Shown: positions 20,488 through 32,785, counted from the first letter of the stretch. The stretch is DNA of 56,037 bases from an uncultured Opitutales bacterium (GCA_964582055.1 CAZOPT010000001.1:1-56037), one strand, 5' to 3'. Numbers and translations: made by a program. Notes: generated by a model from the sequence alone, not told the origin.

Positions 20488-23400
20488 ATGGCTAAAGAAG
20501 AAGTTCGAGAAGTATTAGGGTTTGAAGAGGAGCCAACATTTGATTCGGTAAGTATTGCGGTGGCTTCGCCAAATGCTATTCGTCAATGGTCCAAAGGTGA
20601 AGTAAAAAATCCGGAAACGATTAATTATCGTACCTATAAGCCAGAACCAGGTGGTTTATTTTGTCAAAAAATCTTTGGTCCTGTTCGCGATTACGAATGT
20701 GCTTGTGGTAAATATAAGCGTATTAAGTATAAAGGTGTTGTTTGTGATCGCTGCGGTGTTGAAGTTACATTGTCACGAGTACGTCGTGAATGGATGGGGC
20801 ATATTGAATTGGCTGTTCCAGTTGCGCATATTTGGTTTTTAAAGACGATGCCAAGTCGTTTTGGTTTGTTATTAGGCATGACCATGCGCGATTTAGAACG
20901 TGTTATTTATTACGAAAATTATATCGTTATTGAGCCCGGTAATACCTCTTTAGAAGAGCGTCAATTGTTATCAGAGCATGAGTATCAAGCTGCTCAAGAA
21001 GAGTTTGGTGAAGATGCTTTTGTTGCTAGAATGGGTGCAGAAGCCATTAAAGAATTGTTGAAGAAACTTGATTTAAACAGTGAAGTTTCTGCAATTCAAA
21101 TGGAAATCGCAAATACAAAGTCGAAGCAAGTTAAGAAAAAGTTAGCCAAGCGTTTAAAAATTGTTAATGGTTTCATAAACTCGGGTGCCTTGCCAGAATG
21201 GATGATCTTAGATGTGATTCCAGTTATTCCGCCGGATTTACGCCCCTTAATTCCATTAGAAGGTGGTCGTTTTGCAACGAGTGATTTGAACGATTTATAT
21301 CGTCGTGTTATTAATCGTAACAATCGTTTACGTAATTTGTTACAATTGAAAACGCCTGATGTGATTATTCATAATGAAAAGCGCATGTTGCAGGAAGCTG
21401 TGGATGCTTTGTTTGATAATGGTCGTCATGGAACGCGTCCTGTTACCGGTTCGGCAAATCGTCCGTTAAAGTCTTTGAGTGACATGTTGAAAGGAAAGCA
21501 AGGTCGTTTTCGTCAGAACCTTTTGGGTAAGCGTGTTGACTATAGTGGCCGTTCGGTTATTGTTATTGGTCCTGATTTGAAGTTACATCAATGCGGTTTG
21601 CCGAAAAAGATGGCGCTTGTACTTTTTGAGCCTTTCATTATTTGTCGATTGAAAGAATTAGGTTTTGCACATACGGTTCGTGCGGCTCGCAGAATGATTG
21701 AAAATCGATCGCCAGAAGTTTGGGATATTTTGGCGGAAGTGGTTAAAGGGCATCCGGTCCTTTTGAATCGTGCGCCTTCATTGCATCGTCTTTCGATTCA
21801 GGCGTTTGAGCCTATTTTGATAGAAGGGGAAGCGATTCGCTTGCATCCATTAGTTTGCTCTGCTTTTAATGCGGATTTTGATGGTGACCAAATGGCTGTA
21901 CATGTGCCTTTATCGACAGAAGCTATTTTAGAAGCACGGTTGTTGATGCTTTCAACGAATAATATGTTTGCGCCTTCAAGCGGAAAGCCTGTTTTGACCC
22001 CATCGCAAGATATTGTTTTGGGAATGTACTTTTTGACGGCTGAAACTAAAGCGAAACCAGAAAAATCTGAACGTGTAACAATTGTTGGTAGTGGACAAGA
22101 GGCTTTGCGTATAGAATCCGAAGGTGTACTTTCTTTACACGATTGGGTTGATATGCCGAATCCTGATTTTGGAAAAGAAACAAAGTTTGGTTTTGCAAAC
22201 GAGAAATACATTCGTACAACCATTGGTCGTGTTTTATTTAATACCATTTGGCCGGAAGGTATGGGTTTTGTAAACGATGTTGTTGACAATGGAAAATTAT
22301 CTGAGTTAATTGCAGCTACTTATGATTTAGCAGATCAATCAAAAGCTGTTGAAGTTTTGGATGATTTGAAGCAATTAGGTTTTGCTATGGCAACTAAATT
22401 GGGTGCATCCATTGGTATTGATGACATGTTGGTTCCTCAGGAAAAATCTACAATTATTGAAAAAAGCCGTAAGAAGATTAAAGAAGTTGAAAATCAGTTT
22501 AAGCGTGGAATTATTACGGATGGTGAGCGATATAGTAAAGTTGTTGATGTTTGGTCAAGTGCGACCGATGAAATTGCTAAAATTGCGTTTAAAGGTTTAG
22601 AAGATGCTAATTCTAAGGATTTAAATTCGGTTTACATGATGATGACATCAGGTGCTCGTGGTAATAAGCAACAAGTTCGTCAGTTGTGTGGAGCTCGAGG
22701 TTTGATGGCAAAGCCATCCGGTGAAATTATTGAACAGCCGATTTTATCTTCTTTCCGTGAAGGTTTGAATGTATTGGAATACTTTATTTCAACTCACGGA
22801 GCTCGTAAAGGTATGGCAGATACGGCTTTGAAAACAGCTGATGCGGGTTACTTGACACGTAAATTGTGTGATGTGGCTATGGACTGTATCGTTGAAAAAA
22901 GCGATGATAGTTTAGATTTTAATAAGGGCGTTTGGAAGCAAGCTATTTACGAGGGTGACGAGGAAATTGTTAAATTATCTGAACGTATTGTAGGTCGTTG
23001 TTCCTGTGATGATGTTTTGAATCCGATTAATCCGGAAGAGATTATTATTCGTCGTGGAGAAGTGATTTCAGAAGAACAAAGTAAGCGTGTAGATGCTTTG
23101 GGAATTGATCGTATCAAAGTACTTTCACCTTTGACGCATATGCAGAAGAATGCAATGCCTGCACGTGCTTATGGTTTGGATCCTTCAACACATGAACTTG
23201 TTAAAGAAGGAACTTCGATAGGTATTATTGCTGCGCAATCGATTGGTGAACCAGGTACACAGTTGACTTTACGTACGTTCCACGTTGGAGGAGTTGCAAG
23301 TCAAGTATTGAAGTCTCCAGAAATTCGTGTTAAGCACTCGGGTATCGTTAAGTATGATGGCTTGCGTATTGTAAAAACAGGCGATAATGCAACTATTGTT

Positions 23401-24597
23401 TTAAATAAAACAGGTGTTGTGCGCATTGTTTCTGAAGATCACAGGGATTTGGAAGTTATTCATATTTATGCAGGTTCTCTTTTGACAGTCGAAGATGGCG
23501 GTTATATTGAAAAAGATAGCGTGCTTGCGATGTGGGATTTACATAATATTCCAATTTTATCTGAAAAAGGTGGTTTAGTACGTTTTAAAGATATGATGCC
23601 AGGAATTACGGTGCGTCGTTCTGTTGATAACTCTAGCGGGCAAGCATTGGGTATTATTATTGAACACCAAGAGGATTTGAATCCATCTGTTGAAGTTGTC
23701 GATCCGAAAGATTCGACGAAGGTGTTGGCAACGTATGCAATTCCGGTTGGTGCACAGGTTATCGTTAATGAAGGGGATGAGATCTATCCGGGCGCTTTAT
23801 TGGCAAAAACTCCGCGTTCTGCAGCGAAAACGCAAGATATTACCGGTGGTTTACCACGTGTTGCGGAATTATTTGAAGCACGTCGTCCCAAAGAGGTTGC
23901 AGAAATTGCTCGTATGGATGGGATTGTTTCTTTGTCAGGTATGTCTCGTGGTAAAAAACGTATGATTATCACCAATACCGATATCGATGAAACGGAAGAA
24001 CATTTAATACCTCATGGTAAGCAAATGATTGTTCAGCCAGGTGATTTTGTAAAGAAGGGACAACTTTTGACCGAAGGTGCTGCCGATCCGCATGAAATTT
24101 TAGCTGTATTGGGTGTGCATGCCTTGCAAGAGTATTTACTTTCGGAAATTCAAAAAGTTTATCGTTTGCAGGGTGTGGTCATCAATGATAAACATTTGGA
24201 GGTTATTATTGCGCGAATGTTGAGTAAAGTGCGTGTGGTAGATCCAGGTGATACGGAATATTTCTGGGGAGAACAAGTTGATCGTTTTGATTTCTTAGAG
24301 ATGAACGAGAAAATTTTGGAAGCCGGAGGAAAGCCAGCGGAAGGGGAACCTGTCTTGTTGGGAATTACAAAAGCTTCGTTGGAGACCGATAGTTTCATTT
24401 CTGCTGCTTCTTTCCAAGAAACGACACGTGTTTTGACGGAAGCTGCGACGTTGGGTAAAAAAGATGCCCTGACAGGATTTAAGGAGAATGTAATTATGGG
24501 TAACTTGATTCCTGCAGGAACAGGTATGCCACAATATCGTCATATGCTCATTAAGACTTGTGAAGAAGCACAATCAGAACAGGAGGTAGCTTCGTAA
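20488..24597 (+). CDS. rpoC: DNA-directed RNA polymerase subunit beta'
   Basis: 1369 aa; zinc motif [20 protein letters not shown], catalytic [12 protein letters not shown]. Confidence 0.98.
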   Translation: MAKEEVREVLGFEEEPTFDSVSIAVASPNAIRQWSKGEVKNPETINYRTYKPEPGGLFCQKIFGPVRDYECACGKYKRIKYKGVVCDRCGVEVTLSRVRREWMGHIELAVPVAHIWFLKTMPSRFGLLLGMTMRDLERVIYYENYIVIEPGNTSLEERQLLSEHEYQAAQEEFGEDAFVARMGAEAIKELLKKLDLNSEVSAIQMEIANTKSKQVKKKLAKRLKIVNGFINSGALPEWMILDVIPVIPPDLRPLIPLEGGRFATSDLNDLYRRVINRNNRLRNLLQLKTPDVIIHNEKRMLQEAVDALFDNGRHGTRPVTGSANRPLKSLSDMLKGKQGRFRQNLLGKRVDYSGRSVIVIGPDLKLHQCGLPKKMALVLFEPFIICRLKELGFAHTVRAARRMIENRSPEVWDILAEVVKGHPVLLNRAPSLHRLSIQAFEPILIEGEAIRLHPLVCSAFNADFDGDQMAVHVPLSTEAILEARLLMLSTNNMFAPSSGKPVLTPSQDIVLGMYFLTAETKAKPEKSERVTIVGSGQEALRIESEGVLSLHDWVDMPNPDFGKETKFGFANEKYIRTTIGRVLFNTIWPEGMGFVNDVVDNGKLSELIAATYDLADQSKAVEVLDDLKQLGFAMATKLGASIGIDDMLVPQEKSTIIEKSRKKIKEVENQFKRGIITDGERYSKVVDVWSSATDEIAKIAFKGLEDANSKDLNSVYMMMTSGARGNKQQVRQLCGARGLMAKPSGEIIEQPILSSFREGLNVLEYFISTHGARKGMADTALKTADAGYLTRKLCDVAMDCIVEKSDDSLDFNKGVWKQAIYEGDEEIVKLSERIVGRCSCDDVLNPINPEEIIIRRGEVISEEQSKRVDALGIDRIKVLSPLTHMQKNAMPARAYGLDPSTHELVKEGTSIGIIAAQSIGEPGTQLTLRTFHVGGVASQVLKSPEIRVKHSGIVKYDGLRIVKTGDNATIVLNKTGVVRIVSEDHRDLEVIHIYAGSLLTVEDGGYIEKDSVLAMWDLHNIPILSEKGGLVRFKDMMPGITVRRSVDNSSGQALGIIIEHQEDLNPSVEVVDPKDSTKVLATYAIPVGAQVIVNEGDEIYPGALLAKTPRSAAKTQDITGGLPRVAELFEARRPKEVAEIARMDGIVSLSGMSRGKKRMIITNTDIDETEEHLIPHGKQMIVQPGDFVKKGQLLTEGAADPHEILAVLGVHALQEYLLSEIQKVYRLQGVVINDKHLEVIIARMLSKVRVVDPGDTEYFWGEQVDRFDFLEMNEKILEAGGKPAEGEPVLLGITKASLETDSFISAASFQETTRVLTEAATLGKKDALTGFKENVIMGNLIPAGTGMPQYRHMLIKTCEEAQSEQEVAS

Positions 24598-24610
24598 GCT
24601 TAATAAATGT

Positions 24611-24649
24611 GGGTGCAAGGTCGTTTTTTTGAAAAAAAATCTTGCATCC
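24611..24649 (+). other. long hairpin between rpoC and rpsL
   Basis: GGGTGCAAG / CTTGCATCC 9-bp stem enclosing the T7-G-A8 palindrome; no trailing T-run, so not a canonical terminator. Confidence 0.35.
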
Positions 24650-24688
24650 TGTTACAGTAACTTTAATTTTTTTGGTAATAGATATAAA

Positions 24689-25072
24689 ATGCCTACAATT
24701 AATCAATTAATCGTAAAACCGAGGACGAAAATTAGTTCGAAATCAAAAGCACCTGCTTTAGGTAAAAATCCTTTTAAGCGGGGTGTGTGTATTCAAGTAA
24801 TGACACGTACTCCTAAGAAGCCTAATTCGGCTGTGCGTAAGGTAACAAAGGTACGTTTGACGAATGGTTCAGAAGTGATTGCTTATATCCCTGACGAGGG
24901 TCATAATTTGCAAGAGCATAGTGTTGTTCTTGTTCGTGGTGGACGTGTTCCGGATTTGCCCGGTGTTCGTTACCATGTTGTTCGTGGGGCATTGGATTCA
25001 CAAGGTGTTGAAAAGAGACGTCGTAGTCGTTCAAAGTATGGCGTTCAACGTCCAAAGGATAGTAAGAAATAA
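24689..25072 (+). CDS. rpsL: 30S ribosomal protein S12
   Basis: Canonical start MPTINQLI at ATG 24689; [12 protein letters not shown] motif. The 20 upstream ORF-track residues are not S12-like. Confidence 0.96.
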   Translation: MPTINQLIVKPRTKISSKSKAPALGKNPFKRGVCIQVMTRTPKKPNSAVRKVTKVRLTNGSEVIAYIPDEGHNLQEHSVVLVRGGRVPDLPGVRYHVVRGALDSQGVEKRRRSRSKYGVQRPKDSKK

Positions 25073-25084
25073 TAAGGTTGTGTT

Positions 25085-25558
25085 ATGGCACGTCGTAGAA
25101 GAGCAGAACGTAGAGAAATAAAAGAAGATCCACGCTATAAAAGTGTTTTGGTGGAACAATTGACGAATCGTGTTATGCGTTGTGGAAAAAAATCCTTGGC
25201 GCGTCGTATTGTTTACGGAGCAATTGAGCGCGTAAGCGAAAATTTGGGCAAGGGAGATCCGATGGATTTCTTATTGGCCGCTTTGGAGAATATTCGTCCA
25301 AAATTAGAGGTAAAGAGTCGTCGTGTCGGTGGTGCCACCTATCAAGTTCCAATGGAGGTTCCTTATCAACGTCAGGTGGGTTTGGCATTTCGTTGGTTGG
25401 TTCAAGCCGCAAATAAGCGCAAAGGTGCTATGTTGGAAGGTCTTGCAAATGAAATTATAGACGCTTACAACAATACCGGTGAAGTAGTAAAAAAGAAAGA
25501 AGAAGTGCATCGTATGGCTCAAGCCAATCGTGCTTTTGCTCATTTGCGTTGGTCTTAA
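25085..25558 (+). CDS. rpsG: 30S ribosomal protein S7
   Basis: 157 aa; MARRRRAERREI..., VGGATYQVPMEV. Confidence 0.97.
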   Translation: MARRRRAERREIKEDPRYKSVLVEQLTNRVMRCGKKSLARRIVYGAIERVSENLGKGDPMDFLLAALENIRPKLEVKSRRVGGATYQVPMEVPYQRQVGLAFRWLVQAANKRKGAMLEGLANEIIDAYNNTGEVVKKKEEVHRMAQANRAFAHLRWS

Positions 25559-25573
25559 TTAAGGGTTTAATTT

Positions 25574-27721
25574 ATGAGTCAGGAACTTTCTTCAGCAAAT
25601 TCGCCGCAGCGTAAAAATCCATTAGAATATTTAAGAAATATTGGAATTGCTGCGCATATTGATGCAGGTAAAACAACAACAACAGAACGTATTTTATTTT
25701 ATACGGGTGTTGTTCATAAAATGGGTGAGGTCCATGAAGGAGCTGCTACAACCGACTGGATGGAGCAGGAACGTGAACGTGGTATTACTATTACATCTGC
25801 TGCTATTAGTTGTGATTGGACGAATAAGGCTGGTTTATTTCCCAATATCCATCATCGTATTAATATTATTGATACGCCAGGACACGTTGATTTTACAGCC
25901 GAAGTAGAACGTTCATTGCGTGTTTTGGATGGTGCAGTAGCTGTGTTTTGTGCAGTTGCCGGTGTTCAGCCGCAATCCGAAACTGTTTGGCGTCAGATGG
26001 ATAAATATCGTGTACCGCGTTTGGCTTATATTAATAAAATGGACCGTACAGGTGCAAACTTTTTAGGCGCTGTTAATGATATTCGTGAAAAATTAGGTGG
26101 AAATGCTTATCCTTTGTTTTTAAATATTGGTGCCGAGGATCAATTTAGGGGACTTATTGATCTTATTGAAGAGAAAGCTTATATTTATGACGAAGCTGAT
26201 CCAAAGGGAATGCGTTATGATGTGGTTGATGTTCCTGCGGAATGCAAGGATGATGTTAAGCATTGGCGTGAAGCTTTAATTGAAGGTTTGGCTGATTTGG
26301 ATGACGATATTGCCACTAAATTCTTAGAAGGTGAAGCTATTTCTTCAGAAGATTTAAGAAAGGCTATTCGTAAGGCAACGTTGGCATTGAAGTTTATCGG
26401 TGTTATTCCTGGAAGTTCTTTTAAGAATAAGGGAATTCAGATGGTCCTTGATTCGGTTGTTGATTATTTGCCAAGCCCATTAGATTTGCCGCCAATGACA
26501 GGAGAACATGATGGTGAAAAGGTAGAAATTGAATCCAATGATAACCATGCACCTGTGGGGTTGGCCTTTAAATTGATGACAGATCCTTTTGTTGGAAAGT
26601 TGATTTTTTACCGTGTTTATGCAGGTGTTGTACGTAAAGGTATGGTTTTGTATAATCCTCGTACGCGTAAACAGGAGCGTGTTAGCCGTTTGGTTGTTAT
26701 GAAGGCTAATGAACGTTTGGATGTTGAAGAAGCTTTTTCAGGTGATATTTGTGCACTTATCGGTCCACGTGAAGTTGTAACAGGTGACACTTTATGTGAT
26801 AAAGAGCTAAATGTATACTTGGAGCCGCCAACATTTCCAGAGCCAGTTATTAGTATGTCGATTGAGCCGAAAACGAAGTCAGACCAAGAAAAATTATCGA
26901 TTGGTTTGCAACGTTTGGCAGAAGAAGACCCTACTTTCCGAGTAAGTTCAAATCAAGAAACTGGACAAACCTTGATTTCTGGAATGGGTGAATTGCACTT
27001 GGATATTATTCGTGATCGTTTATTCCGCGAGTTTAAAGTAGAGGCGGATGCTGGTCGTCCTCAGATTGCTTATCGTGAAACCATTATGCAAGCCACAGAA
27101 GGTGAAGGTAAGTTTATTCGTCAAACAGGCGGTCATGGACAGTATGGTCATGTTATCATTAAAATCGAACCTCTTGAAAAAGGTAAAGGTATTGAGGTTG
27201 TTAATGAGATTGTTGGAGGTGCTATTCCGAAAGAATTTATTAAGCCGACGCAAGAAGGTTTAATGGAAGGTGCTCAGAATGGTGTTGTTGCTGGATATCC
27301 TGTTGTAGATTTTAGAATTCGTATTGTTGATGGAAGTTTCCACGAAGTTGACTCTTCAGAATTAGCCTTTAAAATGGCGGGAATTTTTGCTTTTAAAGAT
27401 GCAATGAAAAAAGCAAACCCTATCTTGTTAGAACCAATTATGAAGGTTGAAGTTACGACTCCTGATGAGTATCAAGGTGATATAATGGGAGATATTAATC
27501 GTCGTAGAGGTCAAATTCAGGGGATGGAAAACAAGGGAAATGCGACAATTGTGAGTGCTTTTGTGCCGTTGGAGATGATGTTTGGTTATGCAACCGATAT
27601 TCGCTCTTTAACAAAAGGTCGTGCTTCTTATTCGATGGAGCCTTCACATTTCGAGCAAGTGCCTTCGAGTTTGTTGAGTAAAATAGTTGAGACGGTGTCG
27701 CGTGCGCCTGCTCGTTCTTAA
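25574..27721 (+). CDS. fusA: translation elongation factor G
   Basis: 715 aa; [25 protein letters not shown] GTPase motifs. Confidence 0.98.
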   Translation: MSQELSSANSPQRKNPLEYLRNIGIAAHIDAGKTTTTERILFYTGVVHKMGEVHEGAATTDWMEQERERGITITSAAISCDWTNKAGLFPNIHHRINIIDTPGHVDFTAEVERSLRVLDGAVAVFCAVAGVQPQSETVWRQMDKYRVPRLAYINKMDRTGANFLGAVNDIREKLGGNAYPLFLNIGAEDQFRGLIDLIEEKAYIYDEADPKGMRYDVVDVPAECKDDVKHWREALIEGLADLDDDIATKFLEGEAISSEDLRKAIRKATLALKFIGVIPGSSFKNKGIQMVLDSVVDYLPSPLDLPPMTGEHDGEKVEIESNDNHAPVGLAFKLMTDPFVGKLIFYRVYAGVVRKGMVLYNPRTRKQERVSRLVVMKANERLDVEEAFSGDICALIGPREVVTGDTLCDKELNVYLEPPTFPEPVISMSIEPKTKSDQEKLSIGLQRLAEEDPTFRVSSNQETGQTLISGMGELHLDIIRDRLFREFKVEADAGRPQIAYRETIMQATEGEGKFIRQTGGHGQYGHVIIKIEPLEKGKGIEVVNEIVGGAIPKEFIKPTQEGLMEGAQNGVVAGYPVVDFRIRIVDGSFHEVDSSELAFKMAGIFAFKDAMKKANPILLEPIMKVEVTTPDEYQGDIMGDINRRRGQIQGMENKGNATIVSAFVPLEMMFGYATDIRSLTKGRASYSMEPSHFEQVPSSLLSKIVETVSRAPARS

Positions 27722-27740
27722 TTCTTAATATTTAAAAAAA

Positions 27741-28049
27741 ATGACGGGACAAAAAATTAGAATAAAATTGAGAGGTTTCGATTATCGTACGGTAGATCAG
27801 TCTACGTTTGATATTGTTGATACGGCAAAACGTTCGGGTTCGCGTGTATGCGGTCCTATTCCTTTGCCGACAAAGATTGAGCGTTTTTCGGTTAATCGTT
27901 CGCCTCACGTGAATAAAAAGTCAATGGATCAATTTGAATTGCGTACGCATTGCCGATTGATCGTAATTGAGGATCCAACACCACAGACAGTTGATGACTT
28001 GAAAAAGTTGAATTTGCCTGCAGGTATTGAAATTTCGATACATCTTTAA
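27741..28049 (+). CDS. rpsJ: 30S ribosomal protein S10
   Basis: 102 aa; [10 protein letters not shown]..., [21 protein letters not shown]. Confidence 0.97.
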   Translation: MTGQKIRIKLRGFDYRTVDQSTFDIVDTAKRSGSRVCGPIPLPTKIERFSVNRSPHVNKKSMDQFELRTHCRLIVIEDPTPQTVDDLKKLNLPAGIEISIHL

Positions 28050-28135
28050 TTTTTTAATTGACAGGGAAAAAATAAACAGATTGATTCTAATGCAGGTTAT
28101 ATAGAAAGTACGGAGATTGCCTGCCGCTTAGTATT

Positions 28136-28768
28136 ATGCAAGATAGATTATTAATAGTGGGAAGGAAGATTGGTATGACGCAATTGTTCGATGCGAACAA
28201 TTGTTTGCAGCCGGTCACAGTTATTGAAGCGGAGCCTTGTTGTGTAAGCCAAATAAAAACTGAAGAAAAAGATGGTTACAAGGCTGTTCAGATCGCTTAT
28301 CAAGAGAAAAATCATATTAACAAACCTACAAGTGGACGTTTGGAGAAAGCAAATATTTCTGAAAAATTGAGCCGTTTTAAGGAGTTTACAACGGATGATT
28401 TGAAAGATTTTTCCTTAGGTCAGAGCTTAAATGTGGATCTTTTTGCCGAAGGTCAGTTGGTGGATGTTGTTGCTACCAGTAAGGGAAAAGGTTTTCAAGG
28501 TGTTGTTAAACGTTATAATTTTAGAGGTGGTCGTGCAACTCACGGTTCTATGACTCATCGTCGTGGAGGTGGTTATGGTCACTTCCGTCGTATGGGGCAT
28601 ATCATTAAGAATCAAAAAATGCCTGGACATATGGGCGCCGTTCGCGTTACCGTTCAAAATTTATTGGTTGTTAAAACAATTCCCGAAAAACGTTTAATTT
28701 TGTTAAAAGGAAGCGTGCCTGGAACAAAGGGTGGCTTTATAATGATTCGCAAATCAAAGAGTTCGTAA
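28136..28768 (+). CDS. rplC: 50S ribosomal protein L3
   Basis: 210 aa; GRKIGMTQLF, KGKGFQGVVKRYNF. Confidence 0.95.
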   Translation: MQDRLLIVGRKIGMTQLFDANNCLQPVTVIEAEPCCVSQIKTEEKDGYKAVQIAYQEKNHINKPTSGRLEKANISEKLSRFKEFTTDDLKDFSLGQSLNVDLFAEGQLVDVVATSKGKGFQGVVKRYNFRGGRATHGSMTHRRGGGYGHFRRMGHIIKNQKMPGHMGAVRVTVQNLLVVKTIPEKRLILLKGSVPGTKGGFIMIRKSKSS

Positions 28769-28780
28769 AAGAGGTGAGAT

Positions 28781-29407
28781 ATGAAAATTAAGTTTTACGG
28801 TGTCGATGGTGTTTGCAGCGGGGAGCGCGATTACGATATTCCAAGGTTTGAAGGTGATTATGGGCTTCAAGTTTTAAAAGAAGTAGTTTTGGCTTATCAA
28901 GCTAATTTGCGCCAAGGAAATGCTTGTACGAAAACACGCGGCGAAGTTCATGGTTCCGGTAAAAAACCGTTCAGGCAAAAAGGAACAGGTATGGCTCGTC
29001 AAGGTGAAAAACGTAGTCCGTTGGCACGCGGAGGTGGTGTTGTTTTTGGTCCTAAGCCAAGAGATTTTTCAGTTCAATTGAACCGAAAAGAAAAACGTTT
29101 GGCCTTACAACGCGCTTTATTTGATGCGGTTGTTGAAGGGAAGTTGTTAGTTTTGGAGGCTTTAAAAGATATGGAAGCTCCTAAGACAGCAATAATGGCT
29201 GAAATTTTAAGCAAAGTGGTTGAAAATCATAAAAGTTTGGTAATTGATAGTGAATTTTCGCAAAATCAATTGCTTTCGTTGCGTAACTTAAATCGAATCT
29301 TTTCGGTGGATGCTCATTCGGTAAATGCTTTTGATTTGGTACGTTTTCAAAAAATTGTTATGACAGATCGTGCTTTAGCATCAGTTTTGCAACGTGTTCA
29401 AGCCTAA
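28781..29407 (+). CDS. rplD: 50S ribosomal protein L4
   Basis: 208 aa; KKPFRQKGTGMARQG, GGGVVFGPKPRDF. Confidence 0.95.
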   Translation: MKIKFYGVDGVCSGERDYDIPRFEGDYGLQVLKEVVLAYQANLRQGNACTKTRGEVHGSGKKPFRQKGTGMARQGEKRSPLARGGGVVFGPKPRDFSVQLNRKEKRLALQRALFDAVVEGKLLVLEALKDMEAPKTAIMAEILSKVVENHKSLVIDSEFSQNQLLSLRNLNRIFSVDAHSVNAFDLVRFQKIVMTDRALASVLQRVQA

Positions 29408-29420
29408 ACGAGGATAGAAA

Positions 29421-29711
29421 ATGATAGAAGCTTGGAAAATTTTAAAAGAGTATCGTGTAACAGAAAAAGCGAGTAATTTAATTGCACGTGAAAATTGTTA
29501 TACATTTGAGGTAGTTGCCGATGCCAATCGTACTGAAGTTGCTGAAGCTGTAGAAATTGCATTTAAGGTTAAGGTAAGTAAGGTTCGTATTTTGAATCGT
29601 AAACCTAAAGTAAAACGCAGTCGTCTTCGTAAGACTTTGCCTGGAAAAGTTGGTGGTATGAAAAAGGCTATGGTTGTGTTGAAAAAAGGTTATAAAATAG
29701 ATATTATTTAA
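29421..29711 (+). CDS. rplW: 50S ribosomal protein L23
   Basis: 96 aa; position and L23-like TEKA...FEV pattern. Confidence 0.93.
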   Translation: MIEAWKILKEYRVTEKASNLIARENCYTFEVVADANRTEVAEAVEIAFKVKVSKVRILNRKPKVKRSRLRKTLPGKVGGMKKAMVVLKKGYKIDII

Positions 29712-29721
29712 GGGTGGGATT

Positions 29722-30564
29722 ATGGTATTAGTAAAAACAGTTCCTACAACCCCAGGTCAGCGGTTTCTGATTAAGAATAAGACGGAGATTACAAAAAAAT
29801 CTTCAGAACGCCGATTAACAATGGGTGTTCATCGAAAAAAAGGTCGCAATAATGGGGGTCGTGTTACTTCGCGTCATCGTGGAGGTGGACATAAGCGTTT
29901 ATATCGTATTATTGATTTTAAGCGCAATAAGTTGAGCGTTCCTGCTATTGTTGAGGCGATCGAATATGATCCAAATCGTTCGGCAAATTTAGCCTTGCTT
30001 AAGTATGCGGATGGTGAAAAAGCTTACATTCTTGCTCCAGAAGGGTTGAATATCGGTGATTCAGTTGTAAGTTTGGATAAGCCTGTTTCCAATTATAAGG
30101 TTGGTATGAGTTTTCCGCTTTCTTGTATTCCTACAGCGATCAAAATTCATTCTGTTGAGATGACACCAGGTAATGGTGCTCAATTGGCTCGTAGCGCAGG
30201 TTCGGCATTAGAAATTGTTGGTTTTGATAAAGGATATGCTTCCTTGAAAATGCCAAGTGGAGAAATTCGTTTAATTGATGCACGTTGCCGTGCAACGATT
30301 GGTCGTGTTGGCAATGTGGAACATCAAAATGTTGTTCTTGGTAAAGCAGGTCGTGCTCGTTGGAAGGGGCGTCGTCCATCCGTTCGTGGTTGTGCAATGA
30401 ATCCAATTGATCACCCAATGGGTGGAGGTCAAACAGGTGGTGGTAATCATCCCGTTTCGCCTTGGGGTCAGCTTGCAAAGGGTTACGTTACCCGTAAACG
30501 TAGAAATAAGACGGATCGTTTTATTTTAGTTCGTCGTAATGGTAAAAAGGTTAAGAAGGGATAA
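29722..30564 (+). CDS. rplB: 50S ribosomal protein L2
   Basis: 280 aa; RHRGGGHKRLYRIIDFKR, RGCAMNPIDHPMGGG. Confidence 0.97.
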   Translation: MVLVKTVPTTPGQRFLIKNKTEITKKSSERRLTMGVHRKKGRNNGGRVTSRHRGGGHKRLYRIIDFKRNKLSVPAIVEAIEYDPNRSANLALLKYADGEKAYILAPEGLNIGDSVVSLDKPVSNYKVGMSFPLSCIPTAIKIHSVEMTPGNGAQLARSAGSALEIVGFDKGYASLKMPSGEIRLIDARCRATIGRVGNVEHQNVVLGKAGRARWKGRRPSVRGCAMNPIDHPMGGGQTGGGNHPVSPWGQLAKGYVTRKRRNKTDRFILVRRNGKKVKKG

Positions 30565-30567
30565 AAT

Positions 30568-30840
30568 ATGTCGCGTTCTTTAAAGAAAGGTTTTTTTGTT
30601 GATCCCAAATTAATGGATAAGGTAGATGCTTGTCAGAAATCTGGAAACAAAAAACCAATACAAACATGGTCGCGTCGTTCTACAATAACGCCGGAGTTTG
30701 TTGGTTTGAATTTTAATGTGCACAATGGGAAAAGTTTTTTCCCTGTGTACGTTACAGAAAACATGGTGGGTCATAAGTTGGGTGAATTTGCACCAACACG
30801 TACCTTTAAAACACATAATCCTCATACGCAGAAGGCCTAA
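30568..30840 (+). CDS. rpsS: 30S ribosomal protein S19
   Basis: 90 aa; [36 protein letters not shown]. Confidence 0.97.
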   Translation: MSRSLKKGFFVDPKLMDKVDACQKSGNKKPIQTWSRRSTITPEFVGLNFNVHNGKSFFPVYVTENMVGHKLGEFAPTRTFKTHNPHTQKA

Positions 30841-31199
30841 TGAAAGTACAAGCATTAACTAAAAATATTCGTATTTCTCCGTTGAAATTGAGAGCGGTTG
30901 CGAAAGGACTGGTTGGAATGGCAGCACAAGATGCTTTGCAGACCTTGAAGTGGATTCCTCGAAAATCAGCTCGTTTGGTTGCGAAAACTTTAAAAAGTGC
31001 CATTGCAAATGCGGAAAATAATTTTAACTTGCCGGTCGAACAATTGTTGTTGTGTGAAGCAATTGTAGATGAAGGGCCTGCTTTTAAACGTTTTCAGCCA
31101 GTTTCGAGAGGTTCCGCTCATCCTATTCGTAAAAGGACAAGTCGTATTAAAATAGTGTTGACCTCTGATGGGCAAATAGCTCAAGATCATAAGGAATAA
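30840..31199 (+). CDS. rplV: 50S ribosomal protein L22
   Basis: 119 aa; TAATG overlap with rpsS; L22-like IRISPLKLRAVA. Confidence 0.95.
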   Translation: MKVQALTKNIRISPLKLRAVAKGLVGMAAQDALQTLKWIPRKSARLVAKTLKSAIANAENNFNLPVEQLLLCEAIVDEGPAFKRFQPVSRGSAHPIRKRTSRIKIVLTSDGQIAQDHKE

Positions 31200-31204
31200 G
31201 AAAT

Positions 31205-31825
31205 ATGGGACAAAAGATAAATCCAATAGGTTTCCGTTTGCCGATTCGTCGCGACTGGCGTTCTCGTTGGTTTGCTGCCGGCAAAACTTATATGTCATGG
31301 GTTGCCGAAGATTTTAAAATTCGCAAGTTTTTGCAAAAGAAGTTTAAATATGCTTCTGTTCAAGATGTTTTGTTAGAACGTGCTGGCAATCGCATTCGTA
31401 TTACAATTTTAACCGGTCGTCCAGGTGTTATTATTGGACGCAAAGGTCAAGAGTTGGATAAAGTGAAAGAACAACTACAAAAGTTGGTGAAAAAAGACGT
31501 TTTGTTGGATGTTCAAGAATTAAAGAAGCCAGATTTGGTTGCACAATTGATTGCAGAAGGTGTTGCTTTACAGTTGGAAAAGCGTGTTTCGTTTCGTCGT
31601 GCCATGAAGAAGGCCGTTCAATTGGCGATGAGTACGGGAGCAAAAGGAATTCGTTTGCAATGTGCGGGTCGTTTGGGCGGTGCTGAAATCGCAAGAACGG
31701 AATCCCAACGTGCAGGATGTGTACCTTTGCATACCTTGCGAGCAAATGTGGATTATGGGTTTAATGAGGCTCATACAGTTTATGGTATTATTGGCGTAAA
31801 GTGTTGGGTTTGTCGTGCCGATTAA
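31205..31825 (+). CDS. rpsC: 30S ribosomal protein S3
   Basis: 206 aa; MGQKINPIGFRL, KH-domain ITILTGRPGVIIGRKG. Confidence 0.97.
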   Translation: MGQKINPIGFRLPIRRDWRSRWFAAGKTYMSWVAEDFKIRKFLQKKFKYASVQDVLLERAGNRIRITILTGRPGVIIGRKGQELDKVKEQLQKLVKKDVLLDVQELKKPDLVAQLIAEGVALQLEKRVSFRRAMKKAVQLAMSTGAKGIRLQCAGRLGGAEIARTESQRAGCVPLHTLRANVDYGFNEAHTVYGIIGVKCWVCRAD

Positions 31826-31842
31826 GAAGTTAAGGAAATATT

Positions 31843-32274
31843 ATGGCAATTTTACTTCCAGCAAGAACAAAGTATCGTAAAGTTCAAAAAGGTCGTATTT
31901 ATGGAAACGCAAAAGGCGGTGCTGAATTAGCTTTTGGGGACTTTGGAATTCAAGTTTTAGAACGTGGACGCATCACCGCTGCTCAATTAGAAGCTGCTCG
32001 TGTAGCTATTAATCGACATTTAAAAAGAAAAGGTAAATTGTGGATGCGCGTTTTCCCACATAAGCCGATTACGAAAAAACCGGCTGAAACACGTATGGGT
32101 AAAGGAAAAGGTAGCGTTGAATATTGGGTAGCGGTTGTTAAACCGGGTGTAATTTTATTTGAAGTTTCAGGTGTTTCATTAGCTGTTGCACGTGAAGCTA
32201 TGGGTTTAGCAGACCGAAAGTTAGGTCTAAAATGTCGTTTTTTGAGTCGTGAATCTTTAAGTCAACGTTTCTAA
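31843..32274 (+). CDS. rplP: 50S ribosomal protein L16
   Basis: 143 aa; [31 protein letters not shown]. Confidence 0.97.
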   Translation: MAILLPARTKYRKVQKGRIYGNAKGGAELAFGDFGIQVLERGRITAAQLEAARVAINRHLKRKGKLWMRVFPHKPITKKPAETRMGKGKGSVEYWVAVVKPGVILFEVSGVSLAVAREAMGLADRKLGLKCRFLSRESLSQRF

Positions 32275-32285
32275 GGAGAATAGTT

Positions 32286-32480
32286 ATGAAAATGAAAGAA
32301 ATTTTAAAGTTGACACAAGATGAGTTGCGCGCGAAATTAGTTTCAACATCGCAGCAATATTTGGAGTTGCGCATGAAGAAGCAGTTGGGGCAGTTAAAGA
32401 GTCCAGCAGAAATTCGTGAGTTGCACAAGGATATTGCAAGAATTAATTTAGTTTTGTCGCAAAAGGCTGCGCAAGCTTAA
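32286..32480 (+). CDS. rpmC: 50S ribosomal protein L29
   Basis: 64 aa; L29-like helical sequence in canonical position. Confidence 0.9.
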   Translation: MKMKEILKLTQDELRAKLVSTSQQYLELRMKKQLGQLKSPAEIRELHKDIARINLVLSQKAAQA

Positions 32481-32494
32481 AAAAGGTTTGATAT

Positions 32495-32764
32495 ATGGAA
32501 ACAGTAGAACAGAGAACGCAACGAAAGACATTGGTAGGGGTTGTCAATAATCGTTCCGGTGATAAATCTATTAAGGTTATTTTCTTTTATAAAAAACCAC
32601 ATCCTTTATTTCGTAAGGAAATTAAACGTAAGACCGTGTTACACGTTCATGATGCTGAAAACGCTTGTAATGTTGGTGATAAAGTGGAAATTATGGCTAC
32701 GCGTCCGTTAAGTCGTTTGAAACGTTGGCGTGTAGTGCGTATATTGGAAAAAGCGCAAGCGTAA
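32495..32764 (+). CDS. rpsQ: 30S ribosomal protein S17
   Basis: 89 aa; KTLVGVV.....DKSIKV, GDKVEIMATRPLS..KRWRVV. Confidence 0.95.
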   Translation: METVEQRTQRKTLVGVVNNRSGDKSIKVIFFYKKPHPLFRKEIKRKTVLHVHDAENACNVGDKVEIMATRPLSRLKRWRVVRILEKAQA

Positions 32765-32785
32765 TTGTTGAGGAGGTTGTAGCAT

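Noticed and set aside
24629-24688. 20-codon N-terminal extension of rpsL ([20 protein letters not shown])
   Set aside because: S12 universally starts at MPTINQLI. The extension lies in the rpoC-rpsL spacer hairpin and promoter region.
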